Assembly (NCBI GenBank): GCA_051294375.1 | Contig: CM119270.1 | Coordinates: 13,735,833-13,799,832 of the forward strand | Direction: 5' to 3' | Source: Paraspadella gotoi | Taxonomy: Eukaryota > Animalia > Chaetognatha | DNA: 64,000 nt | In this document: positions 44,245 through 58,787 of the stretch, in pieces | Layout of the letters: each line of letters begins with the position of its first letter | Numbering within the stretch: the stretch's first letter is position 1 | The notes under the pieces: generated by a model | Database searches by the model: none | What the model was told of the DNA's origin: nothing | Seen by the model: the letters and a program-made list of their open reading frames with translations, nothing else | Translations under genes and position numbers: made by a program

Positions 44245-46803
44245 CCCCTCTTGCGACGATCAATCACCCACCTTTCCCCTCTTGCCGCGATCCACCAACT
44301 CACCCACTCACCCACCTTTCCCCCATCATCGCCCGTCGAACTGACCTTTCCCTTTCTTCCACTACCTTTTTTTCCCCCCGCATCCGACATGCTCCCAAAC
44401 CCCCCACCCCCAAAAAAAGGAAACCTCTCACTTTTCCCTCTTTGCCCTCCTCCCCTTCTCACAGCACACTCTGCATTCCCCCCCACCATCTTCACGAATC
44501 CACCCGCTCTCATCCGTTTCTTTAAAAAAACAACAAAAACTGAAAATGAAATTATTGTGCATTACACGAATTAAAAAAAACAACCGAGAAAACTTTCTAA
44601 TTATTATCCGCCTTCGAATTGACGTAGACCCCCCCCTTCGGCCACCCCGCCTGCCCATTCCATCCCTTTCCTTCACGTTCTTTCCATCCCCCCCTTCTTT
44701 CCTCGTTTCTACTCCCCCCCCCGCTTTATTTACAAGATGCGGATGGAAAGCGATTATGGGAGAAAAATCCGATTTCTCGGAAATGGGGAGAAAATGGATA
44801 AGGGATGAAAAGAGCGAGCCGGCGTCTTCATTTTAACCCCTTTCCCCCTTTTCCCCCCTTTCCCATTCCTTTACTCCTTTCCCTTTGCCTCTCTCCCATC
44901 CGTGCCCCCTTTTTTACCGCGCTATGTGGTGATTGATAACGACGACGAAGGCGATAAACGACTACTCGTCGTTGTACGTCGTCGTCGCCGTCGTTCTTTC
45001 CTAATCTCCGCCAATCATGCCCTCCGCCCCCCTACGCCACTTCTTTTGACGATTGCGCTTTTGTTTTACTGTTATTTCTTTCTCGTCTCGCTCTCTCTCC
45101 TCGCTAATAGTAACAAACAAACGAAACAATACAACAATATACCGAAATGATTGATATTATTGATTTTCATTGATTCGGAAGGAGATTCGCTCAATCGAGT
45201 TTCGCGACCTGATACTTGATTCGTTTTCGCATTCCGTTCGTTTTGTTTATTTTTAGGCTCATTATTATTATTCTATTAATTCTTAACTTATTAACTACTA
45301 TAGTTAATATTATAAATTCTTATATGATAAAATAGGATTATTTTCAGTAACAAAAAAAAAGACAAAAAACGAACCGCGTATCGCGCCAATGGGTCACGTG
45401 GCGTAACATAACAAAGAAAGGGCGGGAAAGAGTAAAATCACGTCGAGGGATTCTTTGCCTTTTTTTATTAGAGAGACAGTAATATATTAGTTTTAAAAAG
45501 ATTGTTCTTTTTGCTTTTTTTTTCTTTTTTATTTACGAACGGCTTTTCGTGAAAAAGAGACTCTATAGGTTCAAATACGGTCTTGCCTCTGTGCCACTTT
45601 GAAACATGAGATATCTGTCTCCTGGGCAAATCACTGTGGAAACTTGCGGAAAACTGTAATAGGAAACAATTTTGTTTTTCTCTCTTTCTCTCTCATCATC
45701 GCGCGAATCGTTTTGTCGTCCCAGTGAGTGATGCGGTATGATATATAACTCTGGTAGTATTAATAAATCACGCATTGCGGTCGCCATAAACTGAATCTAT
45801 AGCTAATAATTTCAGCTGCCGTTATTTCTTAGCTTATTGTGTTGCAGTTTGACATTACTTTGCCTACTCGCGATTATGTTCGAAACATGGTTAATCTTTT
45901 TAGACTAAAATATTTTTTTAGTGTTTTGCTTTCTCAATCGAATAATTATTTTCAGAAAGATATAATGAAATTGCTTTGTTCCGAGATCGTGTTTGAACCT
46001 TTGAGTTTCGTCATTGATTACTACTTTCTCTCTCTAGTGTAATTTATTTTCATTTCTAGTTTCATAAAAAGATTACACGACAATGATCGAGTTTTCTGCG
46101 TAAAGCGTTGAACTATGAAAAAGTAGTTAGCAAAATTATTGATGATTTCATACCGCTAAAGATGGCTTACTAGGAGATTAAGAGTTAAGTGAGCGATTTT
46201 ATTTTTTGGCGTCTGATTCGACGTGGCAGCTTAAAGGAAGACTTAAATTTCATTCACTCTAATTCGCGACCTCAATTCAAAAGTAATATATTGATTGAAG
46301 CTTGCAGGGACTGCTATGTCATTATCTTGTAAGAGTGATGGGGACCTTAAACCACCAAACCTGTCCAAAGTCAGGGCAAGATAGCTTATTTATTAAATGA
46401 ATGGATAATTTTTTATATTGGTTGTACATTTCCATAGTATGTGGACCAAAATTCTGTCAGATTCGAGGCAGAGCGAGAGCAGATTTGTAAAGATCAAAAA
46501 GGCTTGTTGTTTTTCTGTTTTTTTTTTTTAACTATTGACTAAAATGATATAAGCAATCGTATATTGAATAATGTTTCTTTCCATTTCTTTCTTATCTCAA
46601 GTTCCCAAATTCGCGATCGGGAGTCGCGTCGACGGATAATTTTGAAGAAAAGGAGTTTGCCGAGGCGATCTGGATTATTTTAAATAACGTTTGATTTGGA
46701 ATTTTTTAGAGATCTTTTCAGTTTCATCGTAGAAATGTGCGACGTTGTACGTTTTACGTCGTTTTAAAACTTTTTATATCGTTTATACTGTTATAAATGA
46801 CTG

Positions 46804-47423
46804 TATGGTGGACTAAAATCACAAACGTCATCAGCGGCCATTGGTGCCGGAGGCAGTCTTGCTCCCAACCCAAAGATCGGGGTTCTAGCCCGTGGACGTC
46901 TGGCAGTAAGAGGACGGCGCTACCGCTGTAACATGGTTTACAGCCTGATCCAAGCTCAGACTGCTTATATTGAATGGTTCTGTCATTAAATATATCATAA
47001 TTACTGTCTCTTCATTGTGAGCCCGACTTGAACACAACAGCAACAAACTTTCAGGCGACATGCCTCAAACCTGGCGATGCACTTTCCGCCACACACATCA
47101 GGCGACATGCCTCAACTTGGTGACGAACTTTCCACCACAACAACAATTCACTGAAAAGACTCACAGACTTACCCTACGGGAGGGGAGGATGTATGGTGGA
47201 CTAAAATGCCACAAACCATTCACGGCCATTGAGTGCCGGAGGCAAGTCTATTCGCCTCCCAACCCAAAGATCCGGGGTATAGCCGGTGGTCGTCTGGCAG
47301 TTAAGAGGGACGGGCCGCTTAACCCGCCCTGTAACATGGTGTTACAGCCGATCCGAAGCTCAGGGACTGCTTATAGTTGAAAGGTTCTGTCATTAACATA
47401 TATCAATACTTACTGTCTCTTCA
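46804..47423 (+). mobile_element. Same TRIM, repeated within the second duplicate block
   Basis: Appears identical to 37613-38232 at offset +9191. Confidence 0.85.
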
Positions 47424-49332
47424 ACTGTTCAATTCTTCGTCGACTGCATATTAAATTTGAATGGTAAAAACATTTTAAAACGCATTGAATTCTTAATTCG
47501 TCGTCTACAAAGTCAGCCAAATAAACAATAAGTCCGTGGCAGCTCAAACACACTCACTAACCGTATTTAGGAACCATATCAAAAATCTTGTCAGCTTTAT
47601 TGTTATTTTTTTAATTTTTTCTCTTTATTTAATATATATCGTTGAATATCTAAACTGCATTTTTTGAGTGTATCTGTTACTCTTTTGTATGTACTGCTCT
47701 TCAACTAATTTTTTTAAACAAATAAATACATATATACTTTTAGCTGTGAATTGTAATGGATAACGATGATAAAAACTATTATAATTTTCAAATTCTTTAG
47801 TTTCTAAAACCATTTTGTTCACTTACATTTATAGTTTATTAATATTATATTAGAACTTCCCAGTATAGTTAAATATTACGTTCGATGCCTTTTTTTTTAT
47901 AACGACTTCCCATTCTTGCCCCTCTCTCGAAGTGAAGGATAGGTACGGGTTTTTCAACAAAAGTCTAATACCATGAACAAACAGTCAGGGGCAAGATAAC
48001 TTATTTATTAATGAATAGATAATTTTATATTGATTGTACAATTTTATGCCTTTTAATTCTTATTGCCGATTTAGCGCGTTGCCCGAAAGAATTTTAAAAA
48101 CTAATGAGTCGTCGATATTTATGGATAAAACTTCTTGATTTTTTTCCCTTGATACATTTCATTTCAATTCGGAATTTTACACAACCTTTATTTATAGTTA
48201 ATTTTACAGTCCTAAATTCGCGCTGCAGTAGAACTTTGCATTTTGCACCTGCAGTTTGCAGTTTCATTATCAATTAATGATAATTAATATAATTAATATA
48301 TAATTAATATCTTTTTTTAATTTAATCGTTCGAAAAAAGCCTCATTTCCAAATAATTTAATAAAGTTTTCGATAAAGCATATTAATAGCAAATATTCGTA
48401 AAGTATTCCTCATGTTTGGATACTATGAAAGGCATTTTTTAGCTTTTATCAAAACCAATTAACACGAGGTAATTACGCTCGTCTTTCAGACGGAAGTAAA
48501 TAATCTTTTTTGTTTGACAACATTTTGAAGGTAGAATTATTAAAAATTTTATCATCAATTCTATCAGTTAATTCATGCATCTCCTTTAAAAAATAACGCG
48601 TGAGAAGAAATAAAATGAATCGGATTGAACAAGAAAATGAACGAATTCTTCAAGCGTGGATATGCGTCTTTCAGTCAAATTTAAATTATTATTATTATTG
48701 TTACCTGATCGTTATATGTTTACAGTTATTGAATTCGGTTTGCGTTAAATTTTTGTATTAGTTTATTTTTCAGATACATGATTTCTCATCATTTTATCAT
48801 TTTATAATTTAAATCGTTTGAAAGTAATTACTAAAAGCTCAAGCGGTTCTGCTACGAAAATGTCTGGACGCATCGAGAAAAAGTCGTCTGTGACAGATTT
48901 GAAGAAGATTTTTGTGAGAATCGAAGCGAAGAACGTTCCCAGGAGAACGCGCCTCGTGCATGACGATCGAGCGCTGAGAGAGAGAGAGAGATGAGAGAGA
49001 GAGAGGAGAGAGATGAGCAGAGAGAAAGAGAGAGAGGAAGAGAGGAGAGAGAGAGAGAAGGAGAGAGAGAGAGAGAGACGGACGGATGTGGGAGCGTGTT
49101 GTTGTGAAAAAAGACGTAAATGCGAAGATCGAGCATATTTTAGACGATGATAGTATTTCTAAAGCCCTGATTCGTCGATTAGATTCATATTCAATTACAT
49201 TGTTCCCGAGGTATTTTTACCAGGGCAACATAATCGGTTCTGCGAAAGTAAAAAAAAAAAGACAATAATTAGTGGGGGGAGCAAAGAAATAGAAATTTAA
49301 ATGACTCTATGTCTCCTCTCTCTCTCGTCAGT

Positions 49333-49392
<60 letters not shown>

Positions 49393-49746
49393 TCTCTCTT
49401 TTCTCTCTCTCTCTCTCTCGATACCTGTTTTGGCGGGAGCACACGATAATCGCGCTCTCAGTTCTCATTCTTACAATTTATCCTCGACTTTTCGGAAGCG
49501 TCTTTCTTTCTTTCTCTCTTTCTCTCATTCTCTCGACTTGTCGTCCCTCTCAGCCAATCAATCGACGATACGCTTCCGGCGTCCCGTCCAATCAGCGACG
49601 TCGCCGGAGCGTCTGTCCGTCCAGATCGGCGAGCCAGAATGATAACGGCCGATGGAGGGTCGCGAAGAGACGAGGGGAATCTCGACAATGGGCCTCATTG
49701 GAAAGTTTTTCCTGTCGTTTCGCCGAGATTCGACGCGTCCTTCTCC

Positions 49747-49791
<45 letters not shown>

Positions 49792-52700
49792 GAGAGAGAA
49801 GAGAGAGAGAGAGAGAGAGACGAGAGAGAGAGAGAGAGAGGAGAGAGAGANNNNNNNNNNNNNNNNNNNNNNNNNGAGAGAGAGAGCCGTTACGATTACG
49901 CGCGAGGGAATTGAAACTGACTTTGATTGTTACTGGGAGAACGAGGCGCACGCCTAATTAAAGAAAGAAATCTCTTTGTCTCCGGTGATAGTTGTGACCC
50001 TGTGACAAACCCTGTCGCAGTTAAGCTAATGTGCGTAGGTAGTTATTTTTAGTACGAAACTCGAACAAAATCCTGCCAGGTGACGATTGGGAAAAAATGT
50101 TCTTATTGTGTTCGAGAGTGTTTGGAGCTTTTTGCTTTTCGAGAGCCATTGTATTTGCTGTAGATAAGAATAAAGGAAAAAATAAATGAAAAAAAAACAA
50201 CAAAAACTCGTTTTGGTTCTTTTGTTTTGTTTTGTTTTGGTTTTTTTTTTAGTTAAAGCCATTGCTTATGAGATAGAATGAGAGAGGCATTAGTTTTTTG
50301 AAAAAATCGTAATTTCGAAACTAACAAACTAAGGCATTTTTTTTAGCATTTGTCACTTTTAAAAGTTTAACTATTCCACGATGCGAAACTCTGGTACGTA
50401 TTTTTGACAAATAAGGAATTTGAGAGACCCGAAGCTTTGAAGAGAAGATCGCGCGATAAGGAAAACGGAAAAATCTCGAAGTCGAACTCTTCGCTCATTC
50501 GCACACTTTTTACAAACTCGAAAAAAAAAAAAGTTTGAAATTTAACTCGAAGATTAATAAGGTTAAATGGAAAACTTGGTCACGCTCGAACGCAACCTGC
50601 ATCGTCACATCGTCGAGAACGACGACGATAATCGAAAGATGTTGTTGTTGTTGTCACGATGCGTGATCGACAATGCGCCCACATCTGAATCTCACGGGGA
50701 ATTTCGATGTCCCGCGTCGCATTGTCCCGACATCTGCTGTTGACGTTCCTCTGCCCAGGAACCTCGTCCCTGCCCAGGTCGTTCACTCTCATTCCTGCAC
50801 GGATTCGTTCTGCTTCCCTGCCCATCAGTTATGCTTCCTAACCCAAGCAGTTGTCTTTTCCCATATATATGCGATTCTGTTCTGCTTCCCCGCCCGGTCG
50901 GTATCTCATTCGCTTGCCGGTCGCCGCCGCCGCCGACGCCCGACCATCCCTTACCCGGATCTTGGAGGCCTCACCCGCCCATCCCCGCCCTACCTCCCCC
51001 CTGGCCACCGCCCCGCGTATCTTTTAATCGAATTTAGCGTCGTTCGCTCCGTCGCTCCTTCATAATGGACTCCTTCATCCCCCACCTGTCGACGGGAGCG
51101 CAAACAACAAAATAAAAGATGAAAAAAAAAACGAGGAACAAAAGACGAAATCTTCAGTTTTTTTTTGTTTTGCTTTTTTTTTTGTTCCATCGAAATGCTT
51201 TTCGCTTTTTTTTTTCCTTTTTCCTTTTCTACATTTTTGCAGGTTTTTTTTCTTTTTTTTGTTCTTGTTTTCGTCTTTCTGTCTTTTTTTTCTTTTTCCC
51301 TCTCTTTCGTTCAGTTTCTTTTTTTCTTTATTTCTCCTTCTTTTTATATACCTTTCCTTTCTTTCTTTCTTTCTTTCTTTCTTTCTNNNNNNNNNNNNNN
51401 NNNNNNNNNNNNNNNNNNNNNNNNNNNNNNNNNNNNNNNNNNNNNNNNNNNNNNNNNNNNNNNNNNNNNNNNNNNNNNNNNNNNNNNNNNNNNNNNNNNN
51501 NNNNNNNNNNNNNNNNNNNNNNNNNNNNNNNNNNNNNNNNNNNNNNNNNNNNNNNNNNNNNNNNNNNNNNNNNNNNNNNNNNNNNNNNNNNNNNNNNNNN
51601 NNNNNNNNNNNNNNNNNNNNNNNNNNNNNNNNNNNNNNNNNNGAGAGAGAGAGAGAGAGAGAGAGAGAAAAGCGGATATTGTGGGTGGACAGGGGTTTTT
51701 GATTTCGTCTCTTCTGAATTATGTATTTATTTTTAATGTGATTTATTCGAAAAAGTCGGAAATTTCAAATTGACTCGGTGGGGTTTGAACCAACGGTCCC
51801 CGATTTCAATTTCGGTCTCCAACTCCTCCGCATTCTGTTTAAATTGATCAACGCAAGTTTCTCGTCGTCGTCGTCGTCGTCGAAGTCGTCGTCGTTGTTG
51901 TTGTTATTTTCTTTCTGATTTCTGAGGTTCGATCAACGTGTTGGTCTGTAATTCTCTTAGAACGAATCACATAGATGATCCCACGAACGCTCCCTCAAAA
52001 AATGACTTCCTAACAAAAAATATGAATATGTTAAATATAATATTTTTATATTGGTTGTACCAATTTCATAATATATGAAACCGATGGATTAAAGTATTTT
52101 TAATCGCGTGTTTTATTGCTGCGAACATCCCTCTGCCATCAGAACTACAAATATATTAAATAAAACTAACAATTAAATGTATTATTTGAGTAAAATATAT
52201 TTACATTTATAGAATTTTTTTCCAAAACAAAACAAGTAATCATACAGTTTTCGTACTATCATGCATTCTGCGATTTCAACGTTTCTCTCTTTTTTGTTGA
52301 CAACGAAAACGCATTCTCCAATCTTCCCCTTTTGTTTACTTTTTATTCGTGAGAACTTTTTTGTTTGGCCAAGTTTAAAAAAAAAAAACTTTTCAAATTC
52401 TAAAATTGAAATTCTGTGTCGCGTTTCAAAACCGGAAGTGGCGTTTCGCGCGCGCTGACTCACGACGCGATGGCGACGGTCGGCGTTCGCGAGAGGAAAA
52501 AATGAATGCGCGATCGGCTCGTTAGATGGCGTCGCGTCGTGTTTCGTAATAGTCTCATGGCAAACTATTTTTATTAATGAGTTTTGATTGAATCAGAATC
52601 GTTTATGGCAATGAACCGAAAATATTGAACACCCTGTCTACTTACTTAAATGTTTGAGTTCTCTAAAAATAAAGTTTGACTCGAATCCGGTCGTCCAAAG

Positions 52701-53096
52701 TTAAAATCGTTTCTTCCCGTATTTATTTAACGTTTAACTCGTAACGAGAATTACATGAAGTCGATGTAGTTTTCTTTTCCCCGCGTTTGACGACGACTGC
52801 GGGATGGACCGGTTTTGTTATGACCCTTCTCTCGCTCTCTCTCTCTCTCTCACTCTTTCCCGCGCTTCGCCTTTGGAGACTTTAATTAACTTTAAAAGGA
52901 AAAAAAGGGGAGAAAAAGGAATCGAACGAATCAAAAGGGGGAAAAAATGAAGAGAAACGGAAAGAGAAATAATGGAAAGAAAAAGAAAAAAGAGAAAGAA
53001 AGAGAAAGAGAGTAAATTTCAAGGATCAAAAAAGAAAGAATAAAAAAACACATTGGTTGATCGTCTGAACAACATGAACATGTCAAACGAGTACGA

Positions 53097-53135
<39 letters not shown>

Positions 53136-53139
53136 GGGG

Positions 53140-53190
<51 letters not shown>

Positions 53191-56100
53191 GAGAGAGAGA
53201 AGAGAGAACAGCGACTGGCCAGTTATTTTCCTATCAAATGCGCGCAGTTCGGAGTTTGCAACATGCGAGCTGCACGAAATTACTTTTCAGGTTGCTTCAA
53301 GACGATTGGAATAAAACTTAAAATTTCCGCACAGCGTGAGACTGAAACATATCTTCAGTAAAAACTTATCTCTGAGCTGTTTTAACAGGTCCGCAAAATT
53401 GCAGGGTCACAACAACTCCGTACGTGAAAGCAGGAAATCAGCAACGCGTGACGATGAGAGGAAAACCGTGACGGGCGTGGGCCTGACCCGTGACTTTAAT
53501 TCATCGAGTGAGGCCAGAGTGACGAGCGACGGTGAAAGAAAATGGGTAGGTATCGCGTTCGAAACTTCACGACCACCTCGGGTCTCACCGATGGAAGAGA
53601 TAAAGGAAGACGGAAGCCGTGAAAGTCACCGATCGTGAAGTGAAATCGTGAAGAGAAATCGTGACTGCACGAGTAAGAGTGGTAAGAGTAAGAGGCCCGG
53701 TCAGGTAAGGGTAGAGGGCCTGGTATGGGTATAGCTAAGTGGCGGGNNNNNNNNNNNNNNNNNNNNNNNNNNNNNNNNNNNNNNNNNNNNNNNNNNNNNN
53801 NNNNNNNNNNNNNNNNNNNNNNNNNNNNNNNNNNNNNNNNNNNNNNNNNNNNNNNNNNNNNNNNNNNNNNNNNNNNNNNNNNNNNNNNNNNNNNNNNNNN
53901 NNNNNNNNNNNNNNNNNNNNNNNNNNNNNNNNNNNNNNNNNNNNNNNNNNNNNNNNNNNNNNNNNNNNNNNNNNNNNNNNNNNNNNNNNNNNNNNNNNNN
54001 NNNNNNNNNNNNNNNNNNNNNNNNNNNNNNNNNNNNNNNNNNNNNNNNNNNNNNNNNNNNNNNNNNNNNNNNNNNNNNNNNNNNNNNNNNNNNNNNNNNN
54101 NNNNNNNNNNNNNNNNNNNNNNNNNNNNNNNNNNNNNNNNNNNNNNNNNNNNNNNNNNNNNNNNNNNNNNNNNNNNNNNNNNNNNNNAATGGGATTAGAA
54201 AAATGCTCGTAATTGATACTTATTTGAATTTAACTTATACTACCTAAGCATTGCTTAGTAAGCAATAATTCACGTACTAACCGAGAACGAGCATAGACTA
54301 TTTAAAATGTTTATAATCCGTAAGTCCGTACGTCTCTCCGGTCGTTTNNNNNNNNNNNNNNNNNNNNNNNNNNNNNNNNNNNNNNNNNNNNNNNNNNNNN
54401 NNNNNNNNNNNNNNNNNNNNNNNNNNNNNNNNNNNNNNNNNNNNNNNNNNNNNNNNNNNNNNNNNNNNNNNNNNNNNNNNNNNNNNNNNNNNNNNNNNNN
54501 NNNNNNNNNNNNNNNNNNNNNNNNNNNNNNNNNNNNNNAAAAAACCACGGGTAAATCCTTGTTTTCCGGCATCGAGCGCGTCCGGGCGTCCGGGCGTCCG
54601 ACAGCTAAACCCGGCTCGATCCGTGTACGTGTCCGGCTCGGGCGGATTTGAAAGGTGGCGGCGTTGGCGGCNNNNNNNNNNNNNNNNNNNNNNNNNNNNN
54701 NNNNNNNNNNNNNNNNNNNNNNNNNNNNNNNNNNNNNNNNNNNNNNNNNNNNNNNNNNNNNNNNNNNNNNNNNNNNNNNNNNNNNNNNNNNNNNNNNNNN
54801 NNNNNNNNNNNNNNNNNNNNNNNNNNNNNNNNNNNNNNNNNNNNNNNNNNNNNNNNNNNNNNNNNNGCGGCGGCGGCGGCGGCGGCGGAGGGTTTCGACT
54901 TTTCTAAGGAAATCTCTCTCCAGCGAAAAAGGACTTTCCCTCTTGTCGTCGAGGTGAGAGAAGATTGGGGTAAGTTTAAAAGGGGATGAGGAGAGGAGGA
55001 GGCGAGGTGAGGAAAACGAGGGAGGTGAAGGAAGAGAGATTACTCGGCTCACTTCTTTCTCTTTTTTCTAGAGGTAAGTTCCGAGGTAAGTTCTTCCGCC
55101 TTCCGGAATCACGCGGCGGCCTTTACCGCCGTTCCGACCGCCCCTCACCTCCCCCCCTCCTCAGCAGCATTCTCCTTTTACTCACCCTTCGTCTCGAAAT
55201 TCGCTCTTGTTCGTGATGAAGGGAGTTTTACCGTTTGACTATAGTCACAGGGAATAGAATATATCTTTTTTTAGATTATTTTAAGACTATAACATTTAAA
55301 TGACAAAAATGATTAAGATGTTAAAAAGTTTTGCTTTTTCAAAGTTTTATATTTTATTTTATAAAAAAAATTAAAAATATATAATTTCCAAATATATAAT
55401 ATGTCCAAAGTTAGGGGCCAAGATAGCTGATTTATTAAATAAATGGATAATTTTTATATTGGTAGTACCAATTTCATATAATATTTTTTTTATTTAAAAA
55501 TAAGTTTTGATAATGATTTGAAATATAATATCTACCATAATAAACTGTTTAAAATCAGTAAAGACGAAAGCTTATTCATTGAATGAATAAATCATTTTTA
55601 TACATTGAATCGACATAGACGTCCGTCGGCCACTGGACGGATGAGTCTGTTTTAATTCGTCTTCATCATCGCTGACAAATCTCAATCCTTTCATCTCCAG
55701 ATTCTCTCTCACATCTCGAGATCACGCTTCTGTCTCTTCTCCACTTTTCTTCAGTTCTTCGCATCTTTGCTTTCCTCCTTCGCTTTTTATTCTCTCGCCT
55801 TTTGCTCTCCTTCGCTTTTTTCCCCTGATTTTTAATCGCAAAAACTTTTGCCTTTCCTGTGCACTATTGCCATTCCGCTGCAGCTTTTCCTCGATTCCAT
55901 CTCTTTTTTTTTCGACCCATTGCTTCCCTTATACTTTTCCTTTTTCTTCCTCGTCTCCTTTTCGATGACATCTTTGGGAGTTAATCCTCTTACCCTTCCT
56001 CAGCCCCCCTCCGCCCCACCGCCCCACCTCTCAACCCCTCCCCTCCGCGTTGCGCCACAATTGACGCGGATTCGTCAAACTCGGCGGAAATCTTCGTCAA

Positions 56101-58455
56101 ATTTGGCGGAAACGCTCGTTTGGGATGAGAGAGGAAATCGGGCGGATTTTCTGAAGATCGATTAAGACGAGTTCAGTGACTTTTCGCTCTTTTAGCATAA
56201 TTTTAAGTCATTTTAAGTCAGATAATAAATCTCAAATTAAAAAAAATAGTACACATTGGCGTTGATGATATATTATAATAGCTGTGACCGTAAACGTAAA
56301 GTGATTAAAGATCAGTTCGGATTAACAATCATAACTTTAGTCTGGAATAAAATCGGCGTTCCAGAGAAAAGAGAGAAGATGCACGAGTCTACGATCAGGC
56401 GATCGAGATCTGCTTATCGGCGCCTGACTATAAATACGACGCCTGACATCGACCGCCGTCTTTCCGTCGTTGGGGCGAAAAATCGCCGTAGCGGAAAGAA
56501 GGTGAGGATAAAGTGTGAGTGTGAGGCGAAGAGAGAGAGAGAGAGATGGCGAGGAGAGAGAAGAGAAGAGCGAGGAGAAGAGGAGAGAGAGGAGAGGAAG
56601 AGAGAGAGAGAGAGAGAGATAGAGAGAACGGAATTCACCTTGGTCCGTGTTGACTTTTACCACTTTTACCTGTTCCGAGAGTTAACAAGTGAACAGACGC
56701 AACATTACCTCAAGGGTTGTCAAATGGATTATCCTACTCTCTCTTCATTTTAATCTTCCTTTACCGGCGATATTTATTTTCGCACATATCACCTATGCTC
56801 AATCGAGATATGAAGCTCTCACGATGAATACATAATCGCTGCTCTCCTCTCTCTCTCTCGTCTCTCCTCTACTCTACTCTCGTGACATACATCGTCCATC
56901 TTCTTTCCTCTCATCGGTCTCTCTCCTCTACTCCGTCTGCCTTTCTTCTCTTCTGATCTCTTTATTCTTTTTTTCTCGGCTTTCTCTGCCTTTTCACTTC
57001 TCCTTTTATACGGTTACTCTCTCCACCACCGCACAGAATTTTCTCTCTTACTGCTTTCTCAATTTATGTCTCTGTTATTCTCTCTAACAAATTTTCCTCT
57101 GCTTGATACCTCCCTCTCATCCTGCTCTGTCTCTCTTCTCTCTCATCCTCTGCTCTCTCTCTCTTTGCTGTTTCTCTCATACTCTTTCTTTATTTTCTTT
57201 CTTTCTTGTCTTTCTTATCTTTCTTGTACTTTTTTCTTTCTTCATTTACATATTCTTTCTTTCTCATCTTCTTCTGCTGTCGTCCTTCTCTCTCTTCTCT
57301 AACTCTCTCATTCTCTCCGTCTCTCGTCTCTCATGCTCTCCTCTCTCTCTCCTCTCTCTTCTCTCTCTGGGGTGGCCCTCACCGATAAAAATCTTTCCAT
57401 ATTTCTCATNNNNNNNNNNNNNNNNNNNNNNNNNATTTCTCTCCTTCTCGCCACCCTGTGGTGTCCATAGCGTGGTGCTCCGGTCTCCCGTTCCGACCCA
57501 TGGTGCTCCTCTATGTTCTATGGTGATTGGTCATTCATGGTGACGGCGCGCTTCCCCCCTCTCCCCCTCATCCATCAACGGGGGTGAGGGTAGGCCCACC
57601 TCAGAGGACCACACGAGGCGCTAGCGTCGCGAAGATGGAGAGGGGGAAAAAGGACAAGGATAAAGTGAACTGGCGGGAAATTGACATCAACGACGAAACT
57701 GGAAAGCGAGAGTCGACGAAGCGAATGTCATTTGAAAATGATGACTTTAACGCTTATGACTTTTGAACGCGACTCTTTGCAATGTTGATCAATAGTAAAA
57801 CAGGGAAACATATAATGTGGCAACCGCCAAGTTTACTTATATAAAATGCTGGAATAAATCCTCTAAATAAAAAAAAACAAATAATGAAAAATAATGAAAA
57901 ATAATAACCAATAATGACAAATATTGACAAATAATGACAAATAAGGATAAATAATGACAAATAATAACCAATACTGACAATAATGACAATGACTCACGCG
58001 AAGACGAGGCCGACAATGACGAAAAGGAGGAAAAAGACTGATACGAAACGAAAATCTCCATTTTAAAACAACGACAACAAACAGTCATCCTCTTTACAAT
58101 TCCCCCCCTCCTCCTCCTCCTCTCCTCTCCCCCCCGCCCAATGACGCGGTGGTTTGTCTCTCGTTACGGGCGTGAAACACTCGGACCTACCGCGTCGAAC
58201 AACGACGACGATGACGACCATAATGACGACGACAATCAGGATAATGACGACGACGACAACCACGTCTCCCTTCCGCTTCTCGGTTCGTTGACTCCGACGG
58301 CGTCAGTGACCGCGATGACAGCAAACGACGTCAAAACGACGTCAAAATAAAGATCGAGTAATTGTTTACCGTCCTCCAGTTTTCGTCTCTAATATTTTCC
58401 TTTTAACAATATCGTTATAATTCCCGTTTGCCATTTTTTCTCTTACAGTATTTTT

Positions 58456-58787
58456 AGTTGCGCCGCGAGTACTCGCGGAGCAACTCTATAAGTCACTTTT
58501 CGGTCGGTCTGTCGGTCCGTCGGTTGGTATTCCTGTCCATCGATCTGTCCCACTTACGTTGAAAACGCTTATAACTTGCTTATAGTTCGTTGCTCATTTG
58601 TTAAAACAGGAAAAAAACCTCAAATCTAAACGACTACTAGCGCCGATTTTTCTTTAAATTAAAGAAATTAAAGAATAAAAGACGTGATTCCGATGCAGAG
58701 CGTATCGTATATACACGGAAATATAAAGGATAAGAAAGTAAAAAGGATAAGTAATGCGGCGCAACACCTTGGAATAACCGTTCCTTG
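58456..58787 (+). mobile_element. Helentron-associated/DINE-1-like non-autonomous element
   Basis: 5' hairpin AGTTGCGCCGCGAGTACTCGCGGAGCAACT, then a (TCGG/TCTG)-type tetranucleotide tract. 3' subterminal inverted partner TGCGGCGCAAC (58755-58765) and a short GGAA..TTCC hairpin. T-runs on both sides. Confidence 0.65.

Larger units (their letters stand above)
40550..49414 (+). repeat. Second duplicate block, apparently identical to 31359-40223
   Basis: Every ORF-track entry recurs at exactly +9191 (e.g. 31555 to 40746, 37869 to 47060). Garbled stretches are shared and the start point is the same. Confidence 0.9.

Noticed and set aside
31258-44836. Arg/Gly-rich ORFs up to 308 aa (e.g. 31555-32406, 40118-41044) as novel genes
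   Set aside because: They are frameshifted renderings of eIF4G exon 24 and the 3' UTR in the noisy duplicates.
50580-51065. ORFs and imperfect TTCTGCTTCCC-GCCC repeats as exons of a second gene
   Set aside because: No recognisable domain or consistent splice structure, and the sequence quality is doubtful.
51770-51840. Minus-strand B-box-like GGTTCAAACCCC (tRNA or SINE remnant)
   Set aside because: No convincing cloverleaf, A-box or boundaries.
52430-52540. ETS (CCGGAAGTG) and YY1-like (AGATGGCG) motifs
   Set aside because: Short motifs with no identifiable associated gene; too weak to call.
53380-53746. CGTGAC/CGTGAA-rich repeats as a CRISPR-like array
   Set aside because: Irregular short motifs with no constant repeat/spacer period, in a eukaryotic context; probably a transposon fragment.
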